A DNA stretch of 64,000 bases from an uncultured Acidobacteriota bacterium (GTDB taxonomy: Bacteria; Actinomycetota; Acidimicrobiia; Spongiisociales; ZC4RG35), in the NCBI GenBank assembly GCA_963828465.1, contig CAWHEU010000026.1, positions 43,589 to 107,588 on the forward strand, given 5' to 3'. The position numbers were made by a program, and so were the translations under genes. Below, piece by piece: positions 1 to 10,262 of this stretch (its first letter is position 1; the number at the start of each line of letters is the position of its first letter). Under the pieces are notes generated by a model, which searched no databases, was not told the DNA's origin, and saw only the letters and a list, made by a program, of their open reading frames with translations.

Positions 1-800
1 CCTTGGAACGTGCTCCTTCATTGACCACCGGACAACTACGAGCTCATCTGCAGAGGCTGATCATTTCGGTCGACCCGGCTGCTGCCATGGAACGATTTGA
101 GCAGAAGCTGGAAGAGCGGAGAGTGTTCTCGGAACAGGGTGAGGATGGCACCGCCAATCTCTACGGTCTCAACCTGCCACCGGCAGAGACGAATCGGGCG
201 ATGAGACGGATCAACCGGCTGGCCCGTGCTCTCAAAGCGAAAGGTGACCGGCGGCGGATCGATCAGATCCGAGCCGACATCCTTCTCGACCTGCTCACCG
301 GGAAGGGTCAACCCGACGGATCCTCCGACAAAGGCTTTGTCGAGATTCGGGTCGATATGACCACCCTGGCTGGTATCGACGATGATCCGGCCGAGATTCC
401 CGGATTTGGACCGGTCCTGGCCGATGTCGCCCGAAAGATCGTCGACGAAGCATCTGATTCAGAATGGCGGATCATCCCAGTCGATGAGGACGGACAGGCG
501 GTAGGAGTTGTCACCACCAGAAGACGGCCCACCACCGCCCAGAAACGAGTCGTGGAGACCCGGAATCCGACCTGTGTCTTCCCCGGTTGTCGGATGCCCG
601 CCGACGAATGCGATCTCAACCATGAGGTTCTCTGGGCGGAAGCGCATCGGACTACGGCCCGGGAGCTCGGACCACTCTGTCGACATGATCACATCAACCG
701 TCATCGTCACCGATGGAAACTGAAACAGATCAGACCCGGCATCTATGAGTGGACCAGCCCACTCGGCCACACCTACCTCACCGGACCCGAGCGGCCCTGA
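1..800 (+). CDS. DUF222 / HNH endonuclease-domain protein (13E12-repeat family), 5'-truncated by window
   Basis: DQIRADILLDLL segment and C-terminal CVFPGC...CDLNH...LGPLCRHDH HNH-type motif typical of actinobacterial DUF222 proteins. Confidence 0.85.
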   Translation, partial: LERAPSLTTGQLRAHLQRLIISVDPAAAMERFEQKLEERRVFSEQGEDGTANLYGLNLPPAETNRAMRRINRLARALKAKGDRRRIDQIRADILLDLLTGKGQPDGSSDKGFVEIRVDMTTLAGIDDDPAEIPGFGPVLADVARKIVDEASDSEWRIIPVDEDGQAVGVVTTRRRPTTAQKRVVETRNPTCVFPGCRMPADECDLNHEVLWAEAHRTTARELGPLCRHDHINRHRHRWKLKQIRPGIYEWTSPLGHTYLTGPERP

Positions 801-811
801 CGAGGTCGGAG

Positions 812-1813
812 CTACCCGACCCTCATCAACACCTTGAGCGAGGACGGGTCATGGACCAGTTCGAAGGCTTTCTCCGCCTCCTCCAAGCCCAGCTCGTGGG
901 TCACGATCGGCTCGAGCGTGAGCGCGCCGGAGGCAGCCAGATCAACCCCGTCGGCGTAATCGCCAACCACCGCAGCGCGAGGGTTGTGGAGGGTGAGTTC
1001 CTTGTGATAGAGCTGGTAATAGGGGAGCCCGTTCTCGCCTCCGGTGAGGGTGCCATAGACCAACACTTCGCCCCCGGTCCCGGCAAGCTCGATGGCCCGG
1101 GCCAAAGTGGCCTCGGTGCCTACAGCCTCGACCACTACATCCGGGCCGCGACCGGAAGTGACCTTGGCAAGCACGTCAGGTGCCTGATCGGGCGACGCGG
1201 TGTGATGGGTGCCGGTGGTGGTCGCCAGCTCTCGTTTCCACTCTGAGCGGGTGATCCCCACCACCGTCATTCCCCGTAAACGGAGGAGTTGGGTGATTAG
1301 CTGGCCGGCGACACCGAGGCCGACGACCGCGGCCACCTGCCCGGGGAAAGGATCGAGTGTCTTGACGGCATGGACGCAGGTGCCCAGGACCTGGAGGACT
1401 CCCGACGCCTTGTCAGAAACACTGGGTGGAACGGGAATCAGGCGGTTGAACGGGACTACGGCGTACTCGGTGAACACCCCGTCGACATCCCGGCCGAGCA
1501 AACCACCGTTCACGCATATGTTGAAGCGACCCGCCCGGCACATGTGACACCATCCGCATGCAACACCGGGGTCGACCAGGACCCTGGTGCCGGCCTGATA
1601 CGGCGACTCCGGAGGCGCGCCAACTACCTCGCCGACCATCTCATGGCCCATGATCCGTGGGTAGTCCACCGGGATCTTGCCGGCCAGGATCTTGACATCC
1701 GTGCCGCAGATCCCGACCTGGCCAACCCGGACCAGGACCGAGGGCCCGGCATCGGGCTCGGGCACATCGCCCACTTCGATGACTCCGGGCGTTTGGACAC
1801 GGACCGCTCTCAA
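812..1813 (-). CDS. Zn-dependent alcohol/polyol dehydrogenase (MDR family)
   Basis: GICGTD, GHE, CGWCHMCRAGRFNIC Zn motifs; GLGVAG Rossmann motif. Confidence 0.9.
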   Translation of the reverse strand: MRAVRVQTPGVIEVGDVPEPDAGPSVLVRVGQVGICGTDVKILAGKIPVDYPRIMGHEMVGEVVGAPPESPYQAGTRVLVDPGVACGWCHMCRAGRFNICVNGGLLGRDVDGVFTEYAVVPFNRLIPVPPSVSDKASGVLQVLGTCVHAVKTLDPFPGQVAAVVGLGVAGQLITQLLRLRGMTVVGITRSEWKRELATTTGTHHTASPDQAPDVLAKVTSGRGPDVVVEAVGTEATLARAIELAGTGGEVLVYGTLTGGENGLPYYQLYHKELTLHNPRAAVVGDYADGVDLAASGALTLEPIVTHELGLEEAEKAFELVHDPSSLKVLMRVG

Positions 1814-1881
1814 GAAACTCCTCGGATGGCTCGTGAATGGTAGGAGCCGTCCCGGTGCGCCGACTTTGTAGGCTGACGCCT

Positions 1882-2568
1882 ATGGAACAGACACCCGAGC
1901 TTCGAATCTCGCCGCCCGAGGAGGGGTTCGCCGCCACCCGGCAGACGGCGCACGAATTCGTGCGAAGCGTCCTGCGCCGCGCCATTCTCAATGGCGAGCT
2001 GGCGAGCGGGAGCCGGCTGGTTCAGGCCGAGCTGGCCGCGATGCTCGACGTGAGCACGACTCCGGTACGCGAGGCGCTGCGTGATCTGGCCACGGAGGGA
2101 CTGGTCCACTTCGACCCCCATCGCGGGGCCATCGTGTCCGAGCTCAGCGATGAAGACGTACACGACATCTACGAGATACGTCGGGTGCTGGAGCCTCTTG
2201 CAATGAGACAGGCGGTGCCCAATGTGAGCGATGCCCTCCTCGGCAGGCTGCGCCGGCTCCACCAGGGGATGCTCGACGAACCTCACTCGGTCGATTGGGT
2301 CGATCGAAATCGGGTCTTTCATATGGCCGTCTATGAGACAGCTGCGTCGCCGCGGCTGGCGGCCATCATTCGCAACCTCCAGGACGCTTCCGTTATGTAC
2401 ATCGGGGCGTCGCTCAAGCACAAACCCGGTCTGCGCGAGGCGGCCAACCACGGTCACGCCGACATCCTCGATGCGTTGGAAAAGCGTGACGTCGAAGCCG
2501 CGGTGAAGGCGTTGGACGAGCATCTCCGCACTTCGATCGACGCCTTCGAGTCCAAAGACGAGGACTGA
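1882..2568 (+). CDS. GntR/FCD family transcriptional regulator
   Basis: LVQAELAAMLDVSTTPVREALRDL wHTH; FCD domain NRVFH...H; ATG at 1882. Confidence 0.9.
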   Translation: MEQTPELRISPPEEGFAATRQTAHEFVRSVLRRAILNGELASGSRLVQAELAAMLDVSTTPVREALRDLATEGLVHFDPHRGAIVSELSDEDVHDIYEIRRVLEPLAMRQAVPNVSDALLGRLRRLHQGMLDEPHSVDWVDRNRVFHMAVYETAASPRLAAIIRNLQDASVMYIGASLKHKPGLREAANHGHADILDALEKRDVEAAVKALDEHLRTSIDAFESKDED

Positions 2569-2575
2569 GGCCCGC

Positions 2576-3505
2576 TCACGGCACCTCCTGGGGGTCGAGG
2601 ATTTCTGCGGTTTCTGCGGTCTTCTGGCGATCAGACAACAGATTCAGGGCAACCCCGGCGACCACCAGTATCAGCCCGAGGAGCAGCGAGGTAGTCACGT
2701 CCTCGCCGAGGATGATGGCCGAGGACAAGACGCCCACCACGGGCACCGCCATGAGGGTGAGGTTGGTCGAGACCGCGGAGAGATTCCGCAAGATCACGAT
2801 CTGCACCCAGAAGGCGATGCCGCTGGCCAGCACGCCCTGATAAATGACTATCCAGATCAGTTGCGGCGTCCAAGCGATCACCGGAGGCCCCTCGACTGCA
2901 AAGCCGAGGACGATGAGGATCAATGTCGCTGCCAACAGCTGCCACGGCATCGAGTCGAGAGGGGCGATGCTCCAGCGATGGGCCCGAATGTGGACCGAGG
3001 TCGCGGCGTTGGTGATCGCGGCGACGATCAGCAAGGCGTGGCCGATAGCCACACCTGGCTCCGTCCAGTCGAAACCCCAGGGCTCGAACAGCGCGAGAAC
3101 TCCGGCGATGCCGAGTGACAGGCCGAGCCATCGCGCTCGAGTCATTCTTTCCCCGAGGAAGATCGCCGCGATTGGCACGGTCCACAGGCTGCTTGTCCAC
3201 ACCACCACCGAGGAGCGGCCCGCAGGCACCAGCTCGAGTGCGGTGAAGACAAGGACTGTCACCGCCGTGAGTCGAAACAGGGCCATGGAGGTGACGATGG
3301 GGAGGTCTCGGCGCGGTGGCACAACCAGCGTCCTCCTCGCCAGGGCCACCCCGACCATCAACGCCGTTGCCGTTCCGATGCGAAGAGCGCCCATCCAGAT
3401 CGGGGCGATCGACTTCACTCCGGTCGCCATCACGGGCCAGTTCAGGCCGAGAATGAGGACGACCAGAGTCAGCAGCGCATAGATCACCGGCCGGGACAAC
3501 TTCAT
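2576..3505 (-). CDS. DMT/EamA family transporter
   Basis: C-terminal ~310 aa of the 660-aa ORF; about 10 hydrophobic helices, LGER motif; start MKLSRP. Confidence 0.85.
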   Translation of the reverse strand: MKLSRPVIYALLTLVVLILGLNWPVMATGVKSIAPIWMGALRIGTATALMVGVALARRTLVVPPRRDLPIVTSMALFRLTAVTVLVFTALELVPAGRSSVVVWTSSLWTVPIAAIFLGERMTRARWLGLSLGIAGVLALFEPWGFDWTEPGVAIGHALLIVAAITNAATSVHIRAHRWSIAPLDSMPWQLLAATLILIVLGFAVEGPPVIAWTPQLIWIVIYQGVLASGIAFWVQIVILRNLSAVSTNLTLMAVPVVGVLSSAIILGEDVTTSLLLGLILVVAGVALNLLSDRQKTAETAEILDPQEVP

Positions 3506-3532
3506 GCCACGCATCTCTCTTCGACCGTTAAC

Positions 3533-4546
3533 GTGCCCCGACCTCTTGTGACGACGATCGACATCCACTGCCATCTGGCCACCCCGGCCAGCCGAAGCCC
3601 GGTCGATGCACATCGCAAACCAGAGCACGAGCCCTACGACTTCTATATGGGCCAGGACTCGCGGGATCACAACAAGGTGATGTACCCCGGGATCGTCGAA
3701 CAGCTCACCAACCCGGCGTCGCGCCTCCAGGACATGGACCGTATGGGCGTGGACATCCAGGGTTTGGCCACCTTCGTCTCGGAGTACCACTACTGGGCGC
3801 CCGCCGATCTCGCCGCGGAGTCGGCCCGCATCCAGAACGACAACGTGGCATCTATCGCGTCCGAGAACCCGGACCGGTTCGTCGCACTGGGGGCCACGGT
3901 CCCGCTTCAGGATGTGGACCTGGCCATTGGCGAGATGGACCGGGCCGTCGACGAACTGGGATTCAAAGGTCTCCAGATCGGGGGCACGATCGATGGGCTC
4001 AACCTCGACGATCCCGGCTTCCGCCCGTTTTGGGCAGCGGTCGAGGCGAAGGGGATCCCGGTCATCCTTCACCCGAGTGGCTATCCGGAAGGACAGCGTT
4101 TCGGCAGCTACTTCTTGACCAATTGCATCGGGAACCCGTTGGAGACGATGGTGGCTGCGACGAGGATGATCTTCAGCGGGCTCTTCGAGGATCACCCCGG
4201 GATCAAGCTGGTGCTCCTCCACGGCGGCGGCTATCTCCCGTTCTACAGCTCGCGGGCCGATCACACCTGGAAAGTTCGGCCCGAGACCCGTGTTGCGATC
4301 CCGGACCATCCTCCGAGCCACTACATGAAGAAGCTCTTTTACGACACCATGGTGTTCCAGCCGCTGTATCTGCGTCACCTGATCGAGATCGTCGGAGTCG
4401 ACCGGGTGATGCTGGGGACGGATTACCCATTCGACATGGGTGAGACCGATCCACTCGGCCTGATCCACGCTACCGAAGGCGTGTCCGACGCGGACCGGGA
4501 AGCGATCACGGGACTCAACGCCGCCCGTGTGTTCGACCTGGGCTGA
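3533..4546 (+). CDS. Amidohydrolase_2 family (ACMSD-like decarboxylase/hydratase)
   Basis: IDIHCH, LHP, HGGGYLP, GTDYPFDM motifs. Confidence 0.88.
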   Translation: MPRPLVTTIDIHCHLATPASRSPVDAHRKPEHEPYDFYMGQDSRDHNKVMYPGIVEQLTNPASRLQDMDRMGVDIQGLATFVSEYHYWAPADLAAESARIQNDNVASIASENPDRFVALGATVPLQDVDLAIGEMDRAVDELGFKGLQIGGTIDGLNLDDPGFRPFWAAVEAKGIPVILHPSGYPEGQRFGSYFLTNCIGNPLETMVAATRMIFSGLFEDHPGIKLVLLHGGGYLPFYSSRADHTWKVRPETRVAIPDHPPSHYMKKLFYDTMVFQPLYLRHLIEIVGVDRVMLGTDYPFDMGETDPLGLIHATEGVSDADREAITGLNAARVFDLG

Positions 4547-4554
4547 CCGGGTTC

Positions 4555-5856
4555 TCATTCCTGGGCCGGCTCGTATCGATAGTGGAAGAAGTCGGGGGCC
4601 CAGCGGGCGATGACCAGGGCTCCGATGATGCAGGCGAGTCCGCCGGAGACGACGCTGAATCGAATCGAAGTGAGCTCGGCCACGATTCCCGCCTCGAGAT
4701 CACCGAGCCTGGGCCCGCCCGCCACCACTGCTGTGTGCATCCCGGACATGCGCCCTCGCATCTCGTCAGGCGCGGTCAACTGGATGATGCTGCTCCGGAA
4801 GATCGCCGACACGACATCGGCGGCGCCGGCGAAGCCCAACATGATGAGGGCGATGGTCAGCGAGTCGGTCAATCCGAACACCGCGATCGAGACGCCCCAG
4901 CCGATGACGGCCATGACTGTCGCCCGCCCTTGGCGGCGCACCGATCCGACCCACCCCGAGGTGACGGCCCCGACCAACGCTCCGACCCCGGGCGCGGCAT
5001 AGAGGAGCCCGACCGTGAAAGCGTCTCCGCCAAACACCTCGGTGCCCATGGCTGGGAACAACGCGGTGGGCATCCCGAAGACCATCGCGTTGAGGTCGAT
5101 TAGGAGAGCGGCCTGGATGACTCGCCGGCCCTTCAGATACCTGAAACCCTCGGTCACCGAGGAGAGCTCGAGCTTTCTCCCGCCCCCTTCCGTAGCCACA
5201 TCTGGGACACGTCGCATGAGCGCGGCGCCGATCAGAAACATCACCACTTCTATCCCGTATGTGAAAGGGAGCCCCGCCGTGGAGATCAGCAGCCCGGCGA
5301 CGGCTGGGAGGGCGGCGGCGGCGGCGGTGGTCAGAGTCTGGTTCAGTGCCAGCGAGGCGGGGAGGAGGGCACGCCCGACCAGACCAGGCACGATCGCATG
5401 ACGGGCCGGCGAGTCGATGGCAGAAACGCCGGCGTTGATCGCAACCAGCACATAAATCAGCCAGATCATCGGTGTCTCGGCCATCGAGTTCCAGAGCAAC
5501 CCGGTGGCGGTCATCGCAAGGGTGAGCTGGGAGATGACCAGGAGCCTGCGGCGATTGATGGCGTCCGCCAGGGCCCCGCCAACCACCGATACCAGGAGCA
5601 AAGGCACCAACTGGGCCAGCCCCAGCAATCCGACGGCCAGGGTCGAGTCGGTGAGCTGGAAGATCTGGAAGGGCGCTGCGACGACGGTCATCATCCGGCC
5701 GGCGTGCACGAAGAACATCCCGGCAAAGAGCCAGCGATAACCCGGGACCTGGCGCAGTGGCGTCACGTCCACCACCGCCAACCGTCCCCAATTCCGCAGC
5801 CGATCCCTCAACCGATCATCCTTCCCTGGCCTCGCCCGTGTGACCGTCGGGACCAC
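4555..5856 (-). CDS. MFS transporter (EntS/DHA3-like)
   Basis: 12-TM pattern, GGALADAINRRRLL motif A, PDEMRGR. Confidence 0.88.
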   Translation of the reverse strand: MVPTVTRARPGKDDRLRDRLRNWGRLAVVDVTPLRQVPGYRWLFAGMFFVHAGRMMTVVAAPFQIFQLTDSTLAVGLLGLAQLVPLLLVSVVGGALADAINRRRLLVISQLTLAMTATGLLWNSMAETPMIWLIYVLVAINAGVSAIDSPARHAIVPGLVGRALLPASLALNQTLTTAAAAALPAVAGLLISTAGLPFTYGIEVVMFLIGAALMRRVPDVATEGGGRKLELSSVTEGFRYLKGRRVIQAALLIDLNAMVFGMPTALFPAMGTEVFGGDAFTVGLLYAAPGVGALVGAVTSGWVGSVRRQGRATVMAVIGWGVSIAVFGLTDSLTIALIMLGFAGAADVVSAIFRSSIIQLTAPDEMRGRMSGMHTAVVAGGPRLGDLEAGIVAELTSIRFSVVSGGLACIIGALVIARWAPDFFHYRYEPAQE

Positions 5857-5893
5857 CCGGGAAGCTGACCTGTTGTCTGCTCATTCTATGGGA

Positions 5894-7090
5894 TCATTCG
5901 AGGTCCACCCGAAGCGTCTCCGGCACCCTCCGCCACAGCACACCTGCGCCGATGAGCCCGACGCCGGCGACGGCGATCGAGGCCGCGCCAAGCGACAAAA
6001 GCGATGTCACCGCGGCTACCAACAAGGGTCCTCCTGCCGTCCCCAGGTCGCTGACCAGACGCCACACACCGAAGAACTGGCTTCGGCCGGCTTCGGGTGA
6101 TAGATCCGAGCCAAGTGTCAAGTTCACCCCCGACCCCAGTCCGTTGGCCAGCCCCAACAGGAGGCTCACCAGGAACAAGCTGGCGAAATCGGTGGTCAAT
6201 GGGATGAGTGCCATCCCCAGCGACAGCAGTATGAGACTCGGGACGGCCACCCATTTTCTCCCCTTGGAGTCCATGAGCATCCCAACCGGGTAGAAGATCA
6301 GCATCTCGATCCCCGAGGAGGCCCCGAAGACGAGCGAGATCTGGCTGGGGCTCAGACCGAGATGATCTCCCCACAGCGGGATGACCGCCTGGCGTGCCGT
6401 TCGTAACACTTGGAACGTCACTGCCACCAAACCCGCTGTCCCCAGTATCCGTCGATGGTCGCGTATCACCTGGCGCATCGAGACGGGGACCGTTGCCACA
6501 GTCGCGGCCCGCTCGGGCTCGGGGGCAAGCACGAGCGTGACCGCCGCCGCCACCGCAAGAGCCGCCTGCATGAAGAAGGGTGCTACGAGCCCGAAGGGGA
6601 TGATGAGGAGGCCACCGATGAGCGGGCCGATGAACTGACCGATTCGCATCGTTCCCCCCACCATCGACATGACCCGGCCCCGATGCGGCAGAGGTGTGGC
6701 CTCGGTTGCATAGGCGAGCCGTGCCAGAGCCCATATCGACCACGCTCCCCCCATGAGAAAGACGAGGGCCGCGAACACAGGGAGCGAAGGCCCCAACCCG
6801 ATCCCGAGAGCGACGAGCCCGAGTCCCGCCGTGGCGATGAGCATCGCCCACCGCTCACCGACCCGGGCGACGAGTTGGCCGGCCGGGAGGTCGAAGAAGA
6901 GGGTGCCGATGCCGCGGAGTGCGACGATCGCGCCGGCCATCGCCGGCGAGGCTCCGAGGTCCAGGGCGACCAGGGCGATGACGGGAGTGGCCGCCCCCTG
7001 GCCGATGGCGAAGAGGATGCCGGGCAGATAGACGGTCCGGGTGAGAGAGGCGACCCGAAACTGCCTGTCGCCGTGAGGGGTCTCGCTCAC
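5894..7090 (-). CDS. MFS transporter
   Basis: 12-TM pattern, GQLVARVGER and GMLMDSKGRK motifs; GTG start overlaps the upstream stop (GTGA). Confidence 0.85.
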   Translation of the reverse strand: MSETPHGDRQFRVASLTRTVYLPGILFAIGQGAATPVIALVALDLGASPAMAGAIVALRGIGTLFFDLPAGQLVARVGERWAMLIATAGLGLVALGIGLGPSLPVFAALVFLMGGAWSIWALARLAYATEATPLPHRGRVMSMVGGTMRIGQFIGPLIGGLLIIPFGLVAPFFMQAALAVAAAVTLVLAPEPERAATVATVPVSMRQVIRDHRRILGTAGLVAVTFQVLRTARQAVIPLWGDHLGLSPSQISLVFGASSGIEMLIFYPVGMLMDSKGRKWVAVPSLILLSLGMALIPLTTDFASLFLVSLLLGLANGLGSGVNLTLGSDLSPEAGRSQFFGVWRLVSDLGTAGGPLLVAAVTSLLSLGAASIAVAGVGLIGAGVLWRRVPETLRVDLE

Positions 7091-9390
7091 GCCCGAGCGG
7101 CGCCAATCGCCCCGCGCACCCACTCCGAGCTGATCGGGTGATGATTGACCACCGCGCCCGTGCCTTCGAGAGCGTGCTCGACGGCGGAGGCGACGGCAGC
7201 CGCGGCGGGGATGGCACCTCCCTCGCCTGCCCCCTTGGCACCGAGTGGGTTGGTGGGTGACGGGGACTCGGTGTGGATCTTGGTTAGTGGAGGCATGTCG
7301 ACTGCGGTCATCAGCCGGTAGTCCATGAACGAGGTCGTCAACGGTTGGCCGTCCTCGCTGTATTGGATCTGCTCCATCAAGGCGTTGCCCAACCCGTGGG
7401 CGACACCACCGTCGATCTGTCCGTTGACGATCATCGGATTGATGATCGTCCCGCAGTCGTGGACCACCACATAGTTCACGACCCTGACATGTCCGGTCTC
7501 GGGATCGACCTCCACTTCGGCGATGTGTGTCCCGTATGTGTAGGCGAGGCCGTCGAAAGGCAGAACCCGCTCCACTGACAGTCCCGGCTGCTGTTGGCCC
7601 TCGGGCAGCGAATTGCCCTGCTTTGGCTGCAGCCCGGCGGCCAGATCGCCGAGAGGGATCTCGGATCCGGGCTGGCCTACAACCATGGCAACGCCGTCGG
7701 TGAGGACGATGTCTTCGGCTGATGCCTCGAGTCGCTGTGCGGTCAATTGCCTGATGGTCGTGGCCAGGTCCCCTGCGGCCAGATGCACGACGGACGCGGC
7801 CGTCTGGCCGGTGCGGCTGGCAACCGTGGCGATCCCATGTCCATACGCAGCGGTGTCGGCGCCCCGCACTCTCACCTGGGCCGGGCTGACTCCGAGGTGG
7901 GTGGCGCAGATCTGGGCGAAGACAGTGGCGTGTCCTTGTCCCTGGGAGCCGGTTCCAGTCTCCACGAGCACATCGCCGTTGGTCAACACCTCCACCCTTG
8001 CTCCTTCGTATGGCCCCAGCCCCGTGTCCTCGACGTAGGAGGCGAGGCCATAACCACGGAGAAATCCGTTGTCGGCGGAGGCTTTCTTTCTTGCCTCGAA
8101 TCCGGCGATGTCCGCCGCCGTGATCGCGTTCTCCAAAGCCGCCTGATAGTCACCGCTGTCGTAGATGACCTTGCGGCCATCGGAGGCGAGAATGTCGACC
8201 TCGTAGGGAAGGTCGCCCGCAGGAACGAAATTGCGCTTCCGCACCTCAGCGCGGTCGATCCCCAACTCGCGGGCAATGGCGTCGACCAGGCGTTCCAGGG
8301 CGAAAGCGGCATTGGGCCTGCCCGCACCCCTGATCGCCCCTGTTGGAGTGGCGTTGGTGAAGACCACGTCCACCGTGGCGTCCAGCGCAGCCACGGCATA
8401 AGGCCCAGAGAGGAGACGCAGGGTGGTCATCGGCACAACGATCCCGTAGGGCACGTACGCCCCGCAGTCATGTGTGAGCCGCGCTCGCAGGCCCAGGATG
8501 CGCCCCGCGCCGTCGACTGCCGCCTCGACCAGCCCGCTCTGCCCGCGTTGCTGGTTGGTGGCGACGAAGTGCTCTCTCCTTCGCTCGACCCATTTCACCG
8601 GTTGTCTCAGCTCGAGAGCGAGGGCGGCGACCACGTACTCCTCGGCGTATACGGCCGCCTTGGGGCCGAACCCGCCTCCGACATCAGGCGCCACGACTCG
8701 CACCTCGTCGGGGGAGAGACCCAAGTACGCGGCGATGTGAGCACGGACCGCATGTGGGGCTTGGCTCGAGGTCCAGACCGTGAGCCGCCGGTCGACGTCG
8801 TCCCATGCGGCGAGCACCGCCCGCCCCTCGATGGAGGCGAGGGCACCGCGATGCTGGTCGACCTCGATCGACACCACCCGTTCCGCTCGGTTGAACGCGC
8901 CGTCGATGTCTCCAAAGCCGGCGGCGAGGGTGCTCACCAGGTTCGATCCGGAGCCGTGATGCGCCGGTGCCGAGTCGGCGTCGAGCGCCTGGCGGTGATC
9001 GATGACCACCGGCAGTGAGCTGTAATCGACCTCAACGGAATCGGCGCAATCGACCGCCGCGGCCATCGTCCCGGCCACGACTACCGCGAGCGGCTCCCCG
9101 ACGTAACACACCTCATCAACCGCGAGCGGAGATGCCTGGATCGATTGAGCGATGAGCGTCGACGGGTATTGGTTCGGCATCGGCCGGTCGAGGCTGAGGT
9201 CGGAAGCGGTGTACATCCGGCCCTCGAGGTCTTCCCCGTCCATCGCGATCGAGTCGATCAAGGCGTGGGCCTCAACACTTCGCACGAACACGGCATGCAC
9301 CATCCCGGCCATAGTGATGTCGTCGACGTAGCGGCCCTGACCGGTGATCAACCTCGGGTCCTCTACCCGGCGCAGTGCGGACCCGATCAC
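7087..9390 (-). CDS. Xanthine dehydrogenase-family molybdopterin-binding large subunit (CoxL-like, not form I CODH)
   Basis: Starts VIGSALRRVEDPRLITGQGRYVDD; GGGFGPK, AIRGAGRP, GQGHAT, GAKGAGE motifs; true start at GTG 9390. Confidence 0.9.
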   Translation of the reverse strand: MIGSALRRVEDPRLITGQGRYVDDITMAGMVHAVFVRSVEAHALIDSIAMDGEDLEGRMYTASDLSLDRPMPNQYPSTLIAQSIQASPLAVDEVCYVGEPLAVVVAGTMAAAVDCADSVEVDYSSLPVVIDHRQALDADSAPAHHGSGSNLVSTLAAGFGDIDGAFNRAERVVSIEVDQHRGALASIEGRAVLAAWDDVDRRLTVWTSSQAPHAVRAHIAAYLGLSPDEVRVVAPDVGGGFGPKAAVYAEEYVVAALALELRQPVKWVERRREHFVATNQQRGQSGLVEAAVDGAGRILGLRARLTHDCGAYVPYGIVVPMTTLRLLSGPYAVAALDATVDVVFTNATPTGAIRGAGRPNAAFALERLVDAIARELGIDRAEVRKRNFVPAGDLPYEVDILASDGRKVIYDSGDYQAALENAITAADIAGFEARKKASADNGFLRGYGLASYVEDTGLGPYEGARVEVLTNGDVLVETGTGSQGQGHATVFAQICATHLGVSPAQVRVRGADTAAYGHGIATVASRTGQTAASVVHLAAGDLATTIRQLTAQRLEASAEDIVLTDGVAMVVGQPGSEIPLGDLAAGLQPKQGNSLPEGQQQPGLSVERVLPFDGLAYTYGTHIAEVEVDPETGHVRVVNYVVVHDCGTIINPMIVNGQIDGGVAHGLGNALMEQIQYSEDGQPLTTSFMDYRLMTAVDMPPLTKIHTESPSPTNPLGAKGAGEGGAIPAAAAVASAVEHALEGTGAVVNHHPISSEWVRGAIGAARA

Positions 9391-10262
9391 CTTTCCAACC
9401 CGCCCAGGTCCTCCAGGTACCGGCACAAGGCGGCAGCGTCGAAGTCGCCGAGACCCGCCTCGCTCGACGCCTCGTAGATCGGGACCGCCGCATCGAGCAG
9501 AGGGGTCGGTGCGCCGACCGACCTCGCAAAGTCCCTTATCAATGTGGAGTCCTTGAGGAGGATGTCCAGGCGGGCGGCCGCCGGATAGTCGTCGGCGACC
9601 ATCATCGGCCCGCGGATCTCGAAGATCTTCGACGATCCGACCCCGTCCTCCATCACTTCCTGGACGAGGGCCGGGTCGAGCCCGGCGGCGATGCCAAGGG
9701 CGTGCGCCTCGGCCGCGGCCAGACCGTGCACAGCCACGAGGAGGTTGGCTACATATTTCATCTTCGACCCGTTGCCGAACTCTCCCAGGTAGTGCGTGGA
9801 GCGGCCGATTGCGTCGAAGACCGGCCGAGCCTTCTCGAAACCCTCGCGGCTGCCCGAGGCGAAAACGACCAGCGTGGCGTCGGCGGCCTGGAGGCCAGTG
9901 CCCGACAGAGGTGTGTCGAGGAGGTCGACCCCTGCATCCGCCAGGACATCGCGGGCAGCGACCTTGGCCGCGAGGGGGAAGGTGCCCGTCTCGAGACAAA
10001 CCAGACCGGGCCGATCTTGCTCCGCGATCTCGGCTGCTGCCGACGCCAGGGCGGCGGTGGTGGGCAGGGAGAAGATCACCAGATCAGATAGAGCGGCAAT
10101 CTCGTCGGCCGACTTCATCGGTTCGCCGCCCATGTCGGCGAAAGCGGAGACCCTGGCCGGGGCGATATCAAAGCCGAGCACCTCGTGTTCGGCCGCGATC
10201 AGGTTCCGAGCCATCGCCGAGCCCATCACTCCGAGCCCGATGACTCCTATGGGCTCAGTCAT
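9387..10262 (-). CDS. Beta-hydroxyacid dehydrogenase (3-hydroxyisobutyrate/6PGD family)
   Basis: IGVIGLGVMGSAMA, DTPLSG, GSKMKYVANL motifs. Confidence 0.88.
   Translation of the reverse strand: MTEPIGVIGLGVMGSAMARNLIAAEHEVLGFDIAPARVSAFADMGGEPMKSADEIAALSDLVIFSLPTTAALASAAAEIAEQDRPGLVCLETGTFPLAAKVAARDVLADAGVDLLDTPLSGTGLQAADATLVVFASGSREGFEKARPVFDAIGRSTHYLGEFGNGSKMKYVANLLVAVHGLAAAEAHALGIAAGLDPALVQEVMEDGVGSSKIFEIRGPMMVADDYPAAARLDILLKDSTLIRDFARSVGAPTPLLDAAVPIYEASSEAGLGDFDAAALCRYLEDLGGLER

Noticed and set aside
2576-4558. 660-aa ORF suggesting a fused transporter
   Set aside because: The N-terminal half is the antisense shadow of the amidohydrolase; only 2576-3505 looks like a DMT protein
7087-9999. 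970-aa Mo-enzyme with a long N-terminal extension, or a CO dehydrogenase
   Set aside because: The extension is an alternate frame of the overlapping dehydrogenase gene; the loop is AIRGAGR rather than AYXCSFR, and there is no coxMS
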